Assembly: GCA_028534125.1 (NCBI GenBank)
Contig: CM052817.1
Span: 16,928,001 to 16,992,000, forward strand
DNA: 64,000 nt
DNA from: Lama glama
Lineage: Eukaryota
Reading direction: 5' to 3'
The position numbers and the translations under genes are program-made. Position 1 is the stretch's first letter. Each line of letters starts with the position of its first letter. The notes beneath the pieces were generated by a model, which saw nothing but the letters and a program-made list of their open reading frames with translations, ran no database searches and was not told where the DNA came from. Positions 14,257-27,500 of the stretch are shown here, one piece after another.

Positions 14257-15631
14257 AAGTCAAAACACACACGTTCACTCAGAAGTAACACCTGGCACTT
14301 GCTTTCACATCTTTGGCTAAATCAAATCACAAGGCCAACCTTAACTTCAAAGAGGGTGGTGACGTATATCCTTCCCAGAACTGATTAGATATAGGTGATT
14401 AGAAATCCAGCCTATCATTAAAGTATTTTATGTGTATTAATTCATTTAATTTTCTCAACAATCCTCTATTATTATCTTCATTTTTCAGATAAAGAAACAG
14501 AGCCACAGAGCAGTTAAGCGACACACGCAAAGTTGTACGGATGAGGGCAGAGCTGGGATACCCAGTTTGAAGCCCAGGAACTCCATCTCCATAGCTCATG
14601 CTCTTGAAGACAACTAAAGTGGAAAAAAATCCCATAGCATCTTTATGTTTTTTCTTTTCTCCACTCAAGTAATACTTAACGAGTACTTCTGAAGTACCCA
14701 GCTGCTGGACTACAATGTGCTGAAAATATAATGGCCTAGTGAAGCTGAAGTCTTTCCTGCTTTCTTCTTGGACAAAGGAATTTGTGGTGGAAAACAGGAG
14801 CTGGAATAAGCAGGCCCCAGTCCTCGAACACAGTCAGCACTACCACAGCTACATCAGACCCATTCTCCCAAACTAAGATCAGATCTCACCCACCATGGGA
14901 GACCATTCATTCTCTTTTTATGGCAGAGAAGTTAAGTTGAATTTCTGCTACTGAAATCAAAGAATCTTAATGCACATATATGCTTCCTCTTTTTAAAGTT
15001 CCAATGCCAAAGAAGCCATCATGTTCCCTACATGGGAAGGGGAAAAGGTTTGTATATAAGAAATGAGAATAAACCTGAGGAAGGCAAATGAAGCTCTTAG
15101 GGGATGATACCAATTTCCTAGGCACCAACTGCTGAAATTATCTCCCCTTCTACCCATACCCAACAGCCAGAAATTTTTAGAGAAATACGAACAGCAGCAA
15201 AAGGAGGAATCAGCCACCAGGATGCACGGAGAGACACCAGCAAACCAAGTATCTTATCTCAACTAAAAAGATTTAGTACTAGAAAGCTGCAGTGAAGTCT
15301 CATATCTCGAAAATTCATTACAGCCATAAAAAGCACCACCATATTTTCATGAGCTATTAAAACAAACAGTTAAAAATAAAGCCCATTTGGTATCCAATAT
15401 CCTTCACATGATCATATTTTTTCATGTATTTGTGAAGCAACAAAATTTGGTTAACTGCAATACATCTCCTTGTAACTCGTTCAGATTTCCCCATTCTCTT
15501 TTGCATCCTAAAATAATAAGCTACAAGTTCTCTAGCCATATAAATTACAGAGACATATCACAACAGGAAATACATGCTCTTTGTTTCTCCTCTTCACCTT
15601 TCTCAACTTATCTTTTATTTTAACAATTCTT

Positions 15632-15770
15632 TTTTTTTTTTGGAAGGGGGAGGTAGATAATTAGGTTTGTTTATTTATTCATTTATTTATTTAATGGAGG
15701 TACTGGGGATTGAACCCAGGACCTCATGCATGCTAAGTATGCACTCTACCACTGAGCTATACCTCCCCCA
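15632..15770 (-). mobile_element. tRNA-derived SINE (camelid Vic-1-like), full length
   Basis: Reverse complement reads ggggaggtatagctcagtggtagagtgc..gggttcaatccccagtacctcc, with A and B boxes and an A-rich tail; TSD tttaacaattctt at 15619-15631 and 15775-15787. Confidence 0.88.
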
Positions 15771-16579
15771 GTAATTTAACAATTCTTAATTGAAATCTCC
15801 ACAAATGTTGAGTGGCATGGGCATAGAATAGTATAAAGGGAGGGCAATAACATTTACTTGGAATCTGTTATGTGCCCATCTCTTTGTTTGTTATTTTATT
15901 TCATTTAATACTAGCTCTAATTTTTAAAGCAAGTATTGTTACCCCTCATTTTTCTGATGGGGAAGCCTCAAAGAGGGGAAGTCATTTATCCAAGTTTAAA
16001 TAGCTATAAAATAGCTGTGGTAGACACCGTTGACTGCTCGTGCATGACTATTTCCTTCTTTGCGGGTGGAACATACTTCTTCTTGAAGAAGCTGAAAATG
16101 CTGAGTACACTTTATCTCATGCCTCTTTGCTGCTAGGACATGAGCTTTCATGCAACCTAGTCAATGGGGCCCAAGGGAAAGTCTGCTGGGGACTTTAGGG
16201 AAAGTTTTCTCCCTGGTTAAAAAATAAAATACACATATACAAGAAGGATCCTCTTTCCTCCCACTTTTCGGTTTTGGATAAGATCTCATGATGTGGTACC
16301 TGGAGCTGTCACAGCCTTCTTGAGACTATGAGCACACAGACCTGAAGATGAAGTTGAATCCTCTAGAACACTTCAAAAATGGCGAAAAGGAAAAGTGGTC
16401 CTTAATGAAATTTTTGAATTCCTCATTTAACTTACCCTGGAACCCCTATACCTCAGGACTTAGAACAGTGCTTGGTGGATATTAGGCACTTAACAAACAT
16501 CTTTTGAATGAATAAACAAATGATTTTAACTTTTCAAAACTTGTCTTCATAAAAAAGAAATATCTAGCAAAGCTAAATC

Positions 16580-18100
16580 TTCATCTACCTTCTGACCCAG
16601 CAATTCCACCCCTAGGTATATGTAGAAAAATGTTATGTGTCCACAATAACTATGTGAAAAAGCATTCATAATAGCTCCAAACTGGAAACACCTGAAATGT
16701 CCATCAACAGGAGAATGGACAAATAAATGCTGGAATATTCTTGCTTTGGAACACTATACAGCAACATAAAAGAACAGGCTATTAATGCTCACAATAGCAT
16801 GGATGAATCTCAGGGATGTAATATGGAGCAAAACATAACATACACGTGAGTACATATTATTTGATTCTATTAAATAAAGTTCAAAAACAGGAAAAACTAA
16901 TCCACAGTGACAGAAATCAGTGGTTACCTCTGGGAAGGGGGAATAATTATCAAAGGTTAGGGGCAGGAGAGACTCTCTTGAGGTGACTTGAAATGTTCTA
17001 CATCTTGATCTGAATTGTGGTTAGATGGGTTTAGACATGTAAAAATTAAGCTGTACACTTAAAATGTATGCACCTTACTGTATAGGTTATATCTTGATTT
17101 TTTTAAAGGGCAAAAAATTTTTGGTTTTTCTTTTAAAAGAGATACAAGAAACATTTTTTACTCAGTCTTTATTTAGGAAAGGTTTTACCTTAAGTGCCTT
17201 ACAAAATAACCTTCATAATCACACTATCAAGTACACATTGCTCTCTGGCAGATATGAGACTCAGAGAGATTAAGTTACTTTCCAAGGTCACACAGCTAAT
17301 CAATGTCAAAGCTGGGATTTGAATACAAATTTATCTGACTCCAAAGCTCATGATTCTTTCTCTGTGTTATAAACAGGCAGGCAACTGCACAGCCAACTTA
17401 CCAAGGTCATGAAAAGAATTATCACTGTGACCCAGGAATACTCTTCCGGAGTGTGCATTTTTCTATAGAAATTGCCTAAATAGAACAGAAAAGGCTTTAT
17501 GTACAAAGATAGTCATTGCAGAATTTATAATAGTAAAAAACTGGAAACAACCTAATTATTCAACAGCATATAATTAAGCAAATTATAATGCATATATTCA
17601 ATAAAATATTATGCAGCCATTAAAAATTATGCTCAAGAAAGCTTATGATATAATATTCAATGGGGTAAAACGGAATAGAAATTGCATTTACTTTAAGAAC
17701 ACAACCATGAAAAACCAGAAAAAATTAAACTTATGCCTATAGAGGGAAAAGCCTGAGGTTGTTTGCATATAAAGAACATTAAAAATGTCTGCCTCTGAAG
17801 AATGTGATTTGGCAAGGTGGTTGGAGGAGTTGGGGTGCGTGGAGGGTTAGAGAGAGGACAGGAACTTTCATTTTTTGCTTTAGAAATTCTGTATATGATT
17901 TTTATAATGAATATGCATTTTACAACAAAATTTTAATTCATTAGAACAACCGGAAGGAAATTTGTACAATATTAACAATGGCTGTCTTTGAATAATGGGG
18001 ATTTGGGAGATTTTTTTTAATGTCTTCTTTCACCTTTCTATACTTTTTTAAGATTCCTATGATGAGCATACATTTCTTTATATCTGAAGAAAAACCCAAA
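16580..18100 (+). mobile_element. Degraded L1ME-like 3' ends with MIR
   Basis: gacccagcaattccacccctaggtata, aactggaaacaacct, tggatgaatctca motifs. Confidence 0.7.
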
Positions 18101-19091
18101 ATTTATTTCAATGAGATGATGCTTTTGAAAGTACTCTGTAATCTGTGAAGCAATTCAATTATAAAAGTGATTTCATTACTACTGTAAATACTATGCTGGC
18201 AATGCCATTTATAAAGTCAGAGGGCAGATCCTTTAACCAAATGCCCAAGCATTCAAGTTTTGTGTAGCTGCCACCTTCCGGAAGGTGGGAGAGAGGCTCG
18301 GCAAACTACCCCCACCCACCTAGAACAATTATAATGCCTAAGAGTTTTTCTGGCAAAACCGCAGGTGTTAGATTAAAAAAACATTTCTTGGGGCTGAACT
18401 TTTCAGCCCAGGCATGTTAGTATCGCCTGAGGGAATTTTTTGATGCCTACTGCAAAGATTAGAAATCTTTGTTTAGGGTGAGGCCCAGGCATGGGTATTT
18501 TTAAGACTTTTCCCAGTTAATGCTAATAAGCAGAGTGGAGAAAGATGCCTTCACGAGCTGCTGTAGACATTCTCCCTGTGAAGTGCTAGGAGGAGTTCTG
18601 AAACTCCTCTGGGAACATTTACCTATCTAGCCAATAAACTGGAAAAATACTGCTTTCTTCAAGCCAACCTGAGGTTTTTTTGGTTTTTGTTTTTTTAAGA
18701 ATTTTAATTGCCATGTTTAATTTACAGTTTATAAAGGTCATCAGGGAGCTAAGATAATCTTATTTGATAATCTCATTGAATTCTGATAATGTATGTAAAG
18801 TGCTAACAGGTTTAACTGTCTAGACAATTCTGGGAGGAAAGTAAGGCAAAAACCATTATTTACATTTTGCCCAGGAGAGAATTGAGAGGAAAGAGTTCAG
18901 AAATTTCCCAAGATCAATTAACAGTAGACTTGAACCCAAGTACCTTCCCCAACTACAACATGCTAGTTTTAAGAATTGGCTTATACTTTTGAGTTGCCAA
19001 TAATATTACACTAGGACAGATGATTCAGAAAAAGCCTTGTCTTCATCCTTTCCCACTGCATCCCCAGGACCTGGAAAGCAAAGTAAACATA

Positions 19092-19627
19092 CAGTCGTCC
19101 TTTGGTATCCATGGGAGATTGATGCCAGGACTCACACAGATAGCAAAATCCAAGGATGCTCAAGTCTTTTATATAAAATGGTGCAGTATTTGCATTTAAC
19201 CTAAGCACATCCTCCCGTATACTTTATTTTTTTTAATTGAAGTATAGTCGATTTACAATGTTATGTTAATTTCTGGTGTACAGCATAGTGATTCATTGAT
19301 ACACATATATATATATATTCCTTTTTATATTCTTTTTCATTGTAGGCATTACAAAGTATCGAATATAGTTCCCTGTGCTATACAGTAGGACCTTGTTGTT
19401 TCTCCCGTATACTTTAAATCATCTCTAGATTACTTATAATATCTAATGCAACGTAAGTGCTATGTAAATAGTTGTAATACAATGTAAATATTATGTAAAC
19501 AGTTGCCAGTGTGCAGCAAATTCAAGTGCTTTGGGGAACTTTCTGGATTTTTTTCTCCAAAATATTTTTGGTCCACGGTTGGTTGAATCCAAGGATTCGG
19601 AGCCCTGAGATTTGAAGGGGCCGCCTG
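19092..19627. mobile_element. MER2 (TcMar-Tigger) element with a nested L1 3' end (19227-19401, minus strand)
   Basis: TA|CAGTCGTCC...GCCGCCTG|TA termini; nested L1 flanked by 15-bp TSD ctcccgtatacttta (19212-19226, 19402-19416). Confidence 0.88.
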
Positions 19628-19759
19628 TATTGTGTGAACGTATTTTACATGGAATTGTGCCACTCAGTAGCACTGCTGAGAGCAGGGCCTGGACGTGAAT
19701 AAGTTGTATTGAATGAAAGAGTGAATGTCTATATCCTTCCAGATTGCATTACCGCCATT

Positions 19760-20110
19760 TGTCTTCGTCCTTTCAGGCTGCTATAACAAAATGCCGCAGA
19801 CTCGGTGGCTTATAAACAGCAGGCATTTATTTCTCATGGTTCTGGAGGCTGGGAAGTCTGAGGTCAAGGTGCTGGTGCATCAGTGTCCGCTGAAGGCTCA
19901 ATTCCTGGCTCGTAGATGTAGCCTCACATGGCAGACGAGGTGAGGGGGTCTCAGGGTATCACTTAGCAGGGCGCTATTCCCATTTGTGAGGGCTCTACCC
20001 TCGTGATCTGATCACCTCCCAAAGGCCCCACCTCCTAGTACATTTCTATTGATAGTTAAGATTTTAATATATGTATTTGCGAAGGGGACACAAACATTCA
20101 GTCTATAGCT
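19760..20110 (-). mobile_element. MLT1A-like MaLR LTR
   Basis: caggctgctataacaaaatg..tggttctggaggctgggaagtc..acaaacattcagtctatagc. Confidence 0.8.
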
Positions 20111-20957
20111 CCATTTTACAGAGGAGGTAACTGAGACTCCAAAAGGGAAGGTAACATGCCTGAGGCAACGGAATTTATAAGAAAGAGAACTAGAAGGAAG
20201 GAGAACTCAGGACAGCCAACCTTGCATTTTTACCCACCATACTAAACTACCAACTTTTGTAGTATTTAGAGACCAAGCCCTAAGGACAAACCTTTAGAGA
20301 TAATTTACGTGGCAACTCTTCTCTAGATATTATACAAAGACATTATAATAGGAGGAATATTGAATAGGAATTGGCAGCAGTGATTTGCTATTAGTGTTTA
20401 ATTGAAAACAATTCATTTTACTTAAGTCTTACTTCCAAAATCCTTAGTCTGATTAATGACAACCTTCTGAAATGATTTTTTAAAAAAATAAAAAAGATTT
20501 TGTTCCTGAAAAATTCACATAATATAGTATGTGACAGATCACTGGAGTCATATATTTAGATCCACAATTACTAGATACAAATAAAAGAGAGCTGGAGAGA
20601 AGATATCATACATGCTTTTAATCAGGAAAGAAAAAGACCTCTCTAATCAATGTCTTGCAAAATCATTAACCAAAGTCCTAAACTGAAGCTCAAATAATTG
20701 AAAAATGAAAATGATCCATCTACTCATGACAGGGAGATTGCAGTCTTATAAAAAAGTTGAATGCATATATGGATGAAAAGGATTGACACTGCCATTTAGT
20801 AATTGGCTAAATAATAGTCATAAACAAATGGAAGAAATAACCTAGTTGAGAGCAGAAGTCAGAATTTTCTCCATCATCTTTAAGAGGTCACAGAATTCCG
20901 ATGCTTAAATCATTAGTTATATGGAATAGAACTGATAGTTGTAAAAGGCATTACAAT

Positions 20958-21025
20958 TCATCCATCCATCGTCTATCTGTCCATTCATTCATCCAGTCAT
21001 CCGTCCACTCATCTATCCACCCACT
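20958..21025 (+). repeat. Degenerate (TCCA)n microsatellite
   Basis: catccatccatcgtctatctgtccattcattcatccagtcatccgtccactcatctatccaccca. Confidence 0.7.
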
Positions 21026-21552
21026 AAGTTTAACAACATGAAATTGCCATTATTTGAGCATTTTTGACTTATGAGAAAGGCAACTTTATGTGGTTCAATA
21101 TAAAACATTCAGTTAATACTTAATTGAACATGCTACCATGTTCAATGCACTATGCAAGATTTGGGGAGTAAGGGTTGAATAAGAAATACTCCCCATTTCT
21201 GCAAATCTCCACTGGGAGAAACACAAACCAACTACTATTTACAAGAAAGTTACGATTGTACAAAGTGCTGTGGGATTTTATTGATACACTGTATATGCAG
21301 AGAAAGAACATATAGCAAATTGTCGGTAGGAACATGGCTGGTGAGAGTTTATAAAATTATTTTTCCTTTTGTTTATTTCTACTCTAACATTTTTTATTCA
21401 ATGAACATATGTTACTTTTGTAATTAAACGTTTTTTGAAAATGTTCCATGAAGTTTGCAGAATTGATGGATATTAAAAGATATGTATAAGATAAAGGATT
21501 TAAAGCTAAAAACAGATGAAGCAACCTAGGTAAAATAGTAAGTGGGACACTG

Positions 21553-22082
21553 GATGTACAAACAGATAATGGCCAGACCATATATAAAAACCAAACTCTG
21601 ACCCACAACCTGCAACACCTAACCTGGGAAACCAATCTATTATTTATAGTAACCAGCCTGGGAAGCCAGTCTTCCATCTGTTAGTCAGATTTATATCTAT
21701 CAACCGGCCCAGGAAGCCAAGCAATAATCCCTGTAGCAATTGGCCCCAAACAACAAGGACTTTGCTAGTAACTGAGCTTCTCTAATTTCTGTCCTCACTT
21801 TGAACATAGGACCAACCAGAGACAGCGCAATATGTGCCCCTAACCAATTACATAGGATGCCCCACTTCTACTCAGCCCACCTCCAGCTTCTCCAAGCCAA
21901 CAGCCTCCAGTGGGGGCACACCTGAAGCCTTCCCTTTGTTTTACTGTAATAACATCCCCACTCCTCTGACTGCCCTTCAGTCTCTGCAAGTAATGATGGC
22001 TGACTCCCTTGCTTGCTATAGCAAACTCTACATAAAGACACCTTGCCTGTTTTCATTTGGTTGGTCTTTGTTTATTTCCACA
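21553..22082 (+). mobile_element. MER34/MER39-like ERV1 LTR
   Basis: tg..aatggccagaccatata..aactctgacccacaacctgca..taaccaattacataggatgccc..tttatttccaca. Confidence 0.7.
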
Positions 22083-24584
22083 GAAGAGAAAGAGAAATGA
22101 ACTTGGGAATGAGCTTAACACACAGACTGCAAATGACAAAGGCAAATACATTTACAAGGAATGAGCAACTCTCTGTATCCCACTGATCACAAGGACTAGT
22201 GGGTTCTGATTAAGCCCTAGGAAGATGAAGTTGTTTTGCCTCTGTATTTCCTTTTTCATACCCGCCTTCAGCACACTTTACCCCCAGCTCCGTAACCTAA
22301 GAGGGAAAATCTAGATCCACCACGTGCCTCTGCTTGTTTGAACTTTGAAAGCTGAGTCCGAATCAAGAGACCTTAGGAACCAGATTTAATCACTAGAATA
22401 TCAACTCCGTGAGGGAAGGGAGCATGTCTGTTCAGCCCCTCTCCATGTGCCCAGTTGAATGACTGAAATAAACACATGGCTGCACTCAGAAAACACCTGT
22501 GGTCCAACACACCAAATGTGATCCAAATAGATTAGCCACACAGGAGCCGAAGACTGGGGTCATCCCTCCACAGTGATTTGTCCTATGATGCTCAGCGCTT
22601 AGTTGGATCCAGCAGCATTTCTAACTCCGTCTTTCTTTTGTGCTCACTGGATAGTAAACATGAATTGCTATTAATAATAATTTTCCACTGCACGTCCGGA
22701 ACAATCCATCCAGAGAAAATTGGAACTTCTTCTTTGCTGAGGTCCAGTCCCATCAATTTGATGCTCATTTTATAGAAAGGCCATTGAGCAAAATTAATGT
22801 ACCCAAACAAATAGAGTTTGTCCTTGTAACTGATTCCGAGTATGACAGGAAACAAAAGGGCTGCCTTAATGGTCTCCTCTGGGAAATTTATTTTCAGAAC
22901 ATTGAGTTATTTCCTTCTACTTGACCAGATTAGATTAAAATCTTTGATATTAAAAAAAAAGGAAAAGAAAGGAAGAAGAATAAAACTCAGTTGTCTGTTT
23001 TCATAGAAATCACTTTGAGATCTAGCTCGTTTAAATTCACTTTTTATTGTCCAAGTCAAATAATGTTATAATCTTAGGGTTATTTTACTTTTTTCCACTT
23101 GACACTCTTCCCCCCCCCCATTTTCTTGACACCATCCCCAGCATGTTTTACCCCCGGTCTCCTGACCTGAAAAGGTAAAGTGAGAGCCACTGTACGCCAG
23201 AAATGAGGAAGCCGGAGCCGCTTTAAAATACTACTATACCTTGCCACGAAATAACACTTTGGACTATTATCCAGAAACTCTGGTCATCCTTTTTCTGCTG
23301 TATTGGACAGGTCGGTGAGGGCACCTGTCTCACTCCCAAGTCGCTGGTGGCGGCTGGGAGGAGGCCTCTCCCACAGCCTCTGGAATGTTCTATTCCATGT
23401 GCTCTGCCTGCCTTCTAACCAATTCTGTCACAGTCAGTTGGACCTAAAAGCAGCCAGTTTATGGGCTAACTTGTGAAGTGGCCAGGCATGACGAGCTCTG
23501 TTCAGACAGGAGAGATAGTAAGAAAAGGAGCCAACCAGGGTCCCTCGGTCAGAAATTAGATTTAGAAAATATGGAGAGAATCCACTGGGTTCAAGAAGTG
23601 ACTCTGAAAAGTTGCAAAGAGAAGGCAGGAGGGAGCCTGTGTTACCCATAAACAGCTACCACAAGGCAGGAAGGCGTGCCGGGACAGGATGCTGCTGGTG
23701 GGTTAGTAGTAGGAGAGAAGCAGAAGAGATGGGGCGGAGCTGCATCAGCACGATGGCCAGGAACGGGTGACGCTTTGTGCTGCGAGGCAAGGAGGGAAGC
23801 CACTTCCTGATCAAGTTTCCCTCAAGTTCAGCTGGATGGCACATGAACTTCCTATCATCGTGTATGTACTTAAAAAGACACACAAAACACAATTGCAGGA
23901 ACCTGAGCGTGCTTCTTTTCTTAATACAAAATAGCTGAACACACACACCCCTCTAAAAACCTTGCCACATCTGTTGGATCTTAACCTTCCTGCAAAGAGG
24001 AGTAGCAAAGTGGAGAGAAGCAAGAAGTTACAGGCAGAAATTCTAATCCAGCTTCGCTACTAATTTGTGAGTAATCATAAGGAAGAGGCTTATCATCGCT
24101 AAACCTGTTACTTCAACCATAAGTGGAATTGGACCAGATGCATTCACTTGGTTACCGTGTATTGAGTGCCTGCTGTGTGGCAGGTTCTGTCATGGCTAAT
24201 GGGACCTAACAGTGAACTAAGCACAGGTTTTGCTCTTTGGGCTTATATTCGAGTTACAGGTTATTACAAAATTGTATGATGTTAGCACTAGATAATGAAT
24301 TTCTTTTAAGGCAATTTGAGTTGGGACTTCTGTTTTTGCTGCCCATGACTTCTTAACTATTTTAGGGACTTGAGTAGAAGTGAGAGTCCAGTTAGGAAAT
24401 CACTGAAGTAGTCAAAACAGAGATAATGATGGTTTCGACAAGGGTGGTAGTCATGCAGATAGAGAGAGAAGTTGATGATTCAAGAGATTTTTCAGAAGGA
24501 GAATCGATATGGCAAGGGGTGGATGGATGGAAGGATGGATAGATTAAATCACTAAGGAAGTACTGTGCCACTTTTACAATGACT

Positions 24585-24932
24585 ATCTTAGTCCATTTGG
24601 GCTGCTGTAACAGAAATACCACATGCTGGAGGCTTATAAGCAACAGAAATTTATTGGAAGCTAGGAATTCCAAGATCGTGGCACCAGCAGATTTGGTGTC
24701 TGGTGGAAGCCTGCTTCCTGGTTAATAGGGAGTCATTTATTCACTATGTTCTCACACGGTAGAAGAGGGTAAGGGAGCTCTGAGATCTTTTTTTTAAGGG
24801 TACTAAATCCTTTTATGAAGGTTCCCACCCACACGACCTAATCACCTCCCAAAGGGTCCGTCTCCAAATACCATCACACAGGGGATTAAATTTTAACATA
24901 TGAATTTTAGGGGAACACAAACAGTCTATGGC
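24585..24932 (-). mobile_element. MLT1A-like MaLR LTR
   Basis: tcttagtccatttgggctgctgtaacagaaataccac..ctaatcacctcccaaag..acatatgaattttagggg. Confidence 0.8.
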
Positions 24933-25784
24933 AATTATGTAATAGCTTAACATGTCATTTGAAAATTTCTTATGGACCAGAAATGACTGCATCTGAGGTT
25001 CTTATACATCTGAGGTTCTTTTGCATCTCATTCGTTGGCCGAGAGTGCCAACTCTGAGATAGACATTAAAAACAGTTTCAACATGTAAGCTTGTTTATTA
25101 ATCTATGTCAGAGTCCAAATGTCTAATTCTGGGAGCAGAAACTACCATGCAGCCACTCTCCAGTGTTTCCTCAGAGCTGTGAGTGACAATTTCCAATTGC
25201 CAGAACTTCCTTGAACAAATAAAGTTTTCCTTTATTCTGAGGCCAGCTTGATGAGAAAGCCTAGAAGAAAAGCAGCTTCCAGAAGAGAGTGGCCAGAGGT
25301 CGTTTCAGTATAGCCAGGGCATGTTCGTGGGTGGCTTGGACAGGTTTGGATATGTTTACAAGCATGTGCATCCTGTCATCTGACTGCACCTGGATCCTTG
25401 CAGGTGGACCCATCACACACTCAGTGAGGAGGGGACTGTGTGAGGAAGTTCAGAGTACATTCAAGACATCCTGAAGCATTAATGAAACCACATACAGCAT
25501 ATGGTGTTTCATAGGCAGATTTTCTGGCAGATTTCCTTCAACAAAGAGCTTTCATTGTGAGGTTTGGAATCATGGTCTTTACATACATGGAAAAGTATTT
25601 AATCTGGTCACATACAGAAAGCAATTTTCCTTATCTTTTTTGTGACCATTTCTTAGGTTTGTTCCATGGTTTCCTTTTTTTGTTAGTCACAGATTCCAGG
25701 AAAGCTGTGCTACTAGACACACTGAGGTTTCGGTAGGAGACACTCCATCTGATAATGACAGGTTCAAGTTACTGTGATGAGGTT

Positions 25785-26228
25785 TTACAGTGGGTTGAAT
25801 AGCATCCCCTGTAAAAAAACAAAATCATGTCCATTCAAAACCTCAAAATCTGACCTTATCTGAAGATGCGGTCTTTGCAGATGTAATTAGTTAAGATGAG
25901 GTCATACTGGATTAAGATGGGCCCTAACTCTAATGACTGGTGTCCTTAAAAGAAGAGGAGAGGACAAGCAGAGATACACAGAGAGGCGCAGGCTCTCTGA
26001 CGGTGAAGCAGAGATCGGAGTGATTTATCCACAAGGACAGGGATGGTTGCGAGCTACCAGCAGCTGGAAAAAACAAGAATGGATTTTCCCCAAGAGACTT
26101 TGGAGGGAACACGGCTCTGCCGACACCTTGATTTCAAACTTCTTGCCTCCAGAACTGCCTTAGAATAAATTATTTTTTTAAAGCACCCAGTTTGTGATGG
26201 TTTGTTAGGGCAGTTCCAGGAAACTAAT
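25785..26228 (+). mobile_element. MLT1B/C-like MaLR LTR
   Basis: gggttgaatag..ggtctttgcagatgtaattagttaagatgaggtcatactggatta..gcctccagaactg..ggaaactaa. Confidence 0.8.
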
Positions 26229-27059
26229 TCAGGCTTCAAAGGCTGAGCCCCAGGTCCCCCTGCAGACCCGCACCTGCTTGCCCCACTTCTTCTCCTCCAG
26301 GGGCTTAACGATTTGACCTATTTCCCTTTTTTTCAGCAGCTGTGACCACCCACTCGCCTCACCTCTCCCAAGCCCAGCAGCAGAGTGACACCCAGTTTTC
26401 CCAGCTCCCCATTTTCCTGCTCACAAGCTCACAGTCCTCTCTTTGTTTTCATTACTTTTTTTAGTGATTACTACAGACAGACAGGCAACCACACAAGTAA
26501 GAGTGTGGGGGAAATTACAAGGTTCATGACACTTAAACCACAGTTCCTGTACTCTCTCTGGTGCCTGGATTTATTTAGCGCCTGCAATTCAATTGGCACT
26601 TGGGGTTTTTTTTGTTTTGTTTTCTATCTGTTCAAACAAAAAACAAAGAAAAATTGAATTGTATACTTCTATACAATTATAAATTTTTTCAGTGTTTCCT
26701 AAAAATAATATAAATTGCACAAGTTGGAGGTACCAAAGCATTTTAATCAAGTACCTTTATTTTTAACCACCACCGTAGCCTTGTGTCACATAAACCCATC
26801 CCCATCCCCAGCCAGAATTTTGGAAAAGAAAAATCTGGCAGCTCCTGGGTTAACTCTCTTCTGAGGTGTCCCCTGAGGAGCTAGGCTACTGTCCTTCCTG
26901 TTGATTCTGAAGCATGGGGCTGACCAGCCCTTTCCCTCTTTTCTTGCTGAGATGTGTCCTTCCATTTGGAAGCTCTTCTTCTCTTTTGGCAGCTCTGATC
27001 ATCGCTGAAGAGGTCGTCATGGCCCTTGGCTGACACCTGGGAACCTGGATTTCAGGAGG

Positions 27060-27500
27060 GTTCCCACCATTTCAGATAAGAGTAATTCACTGTGCCTGAA
27101 ATGTGCAAACCATATGGTTTATGCTGAACTCTTGCCTTGTTTCTGGGGATCTGGAATTTCAGTAGATGCTAGGCAGAAGATGCCTACATGACCAGCCCCA
27201 ATTAAAACCACGGACACTGAGTCACTAAGGAGTTTCCCTGGTAGAGAACATTTCACACATGTCGTCACAACGTGTAGTCTGGGGAGGTAAGAACATCCCG
27301 TCTGCCTCCACTGGGAGGGGGCTCTTGGAAGTAAGTGCCCGGTTTCCTCCCATCTTCCTCTCAGGTGCCTTTCCCCTTTGCTGATTCTGCTTTGTATCCT
27401 TTCACTGTAATACATCATAGATGTGAATATGACTATCTGCTGAGTCCTGTGAGTCCTCCTAGTGAATCATCAAACCTGGGGATGCTCTTGGGGACCTCTC
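27060..27500 (+). mobile_element. MER21/MER68-family ERVL LTR
   Basis: tgcctacatgaccagccccaattaaaacc..tttccctggtag..ctgagtcctgtgagtcctcctagtgaatcatcaaacctgggg. Confidence 0.65.

Noticed and set aside
13644..14388. Long ORFs of 188-215 aa in the track
   Set aside because: Artefacts of translating the N gap
15700..15770. tRNA-like sequence with A and B boxes (also near 33410-33470 and 61195-61270)
   Set aside because: Has A-rich tails and TSDs, so these are SINE heads rather than tRNA genes
22592..22855. 87-aa minus-strand ORF with protein-like composition
   Set aside because: No recognisable family, non-ATG start, no supporting exon chain
24990..25020. Direct repeat catctgaggttctt x2 (17-nt period)
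   Set aside because: Simple local tandem duplication; no array or spacer structure
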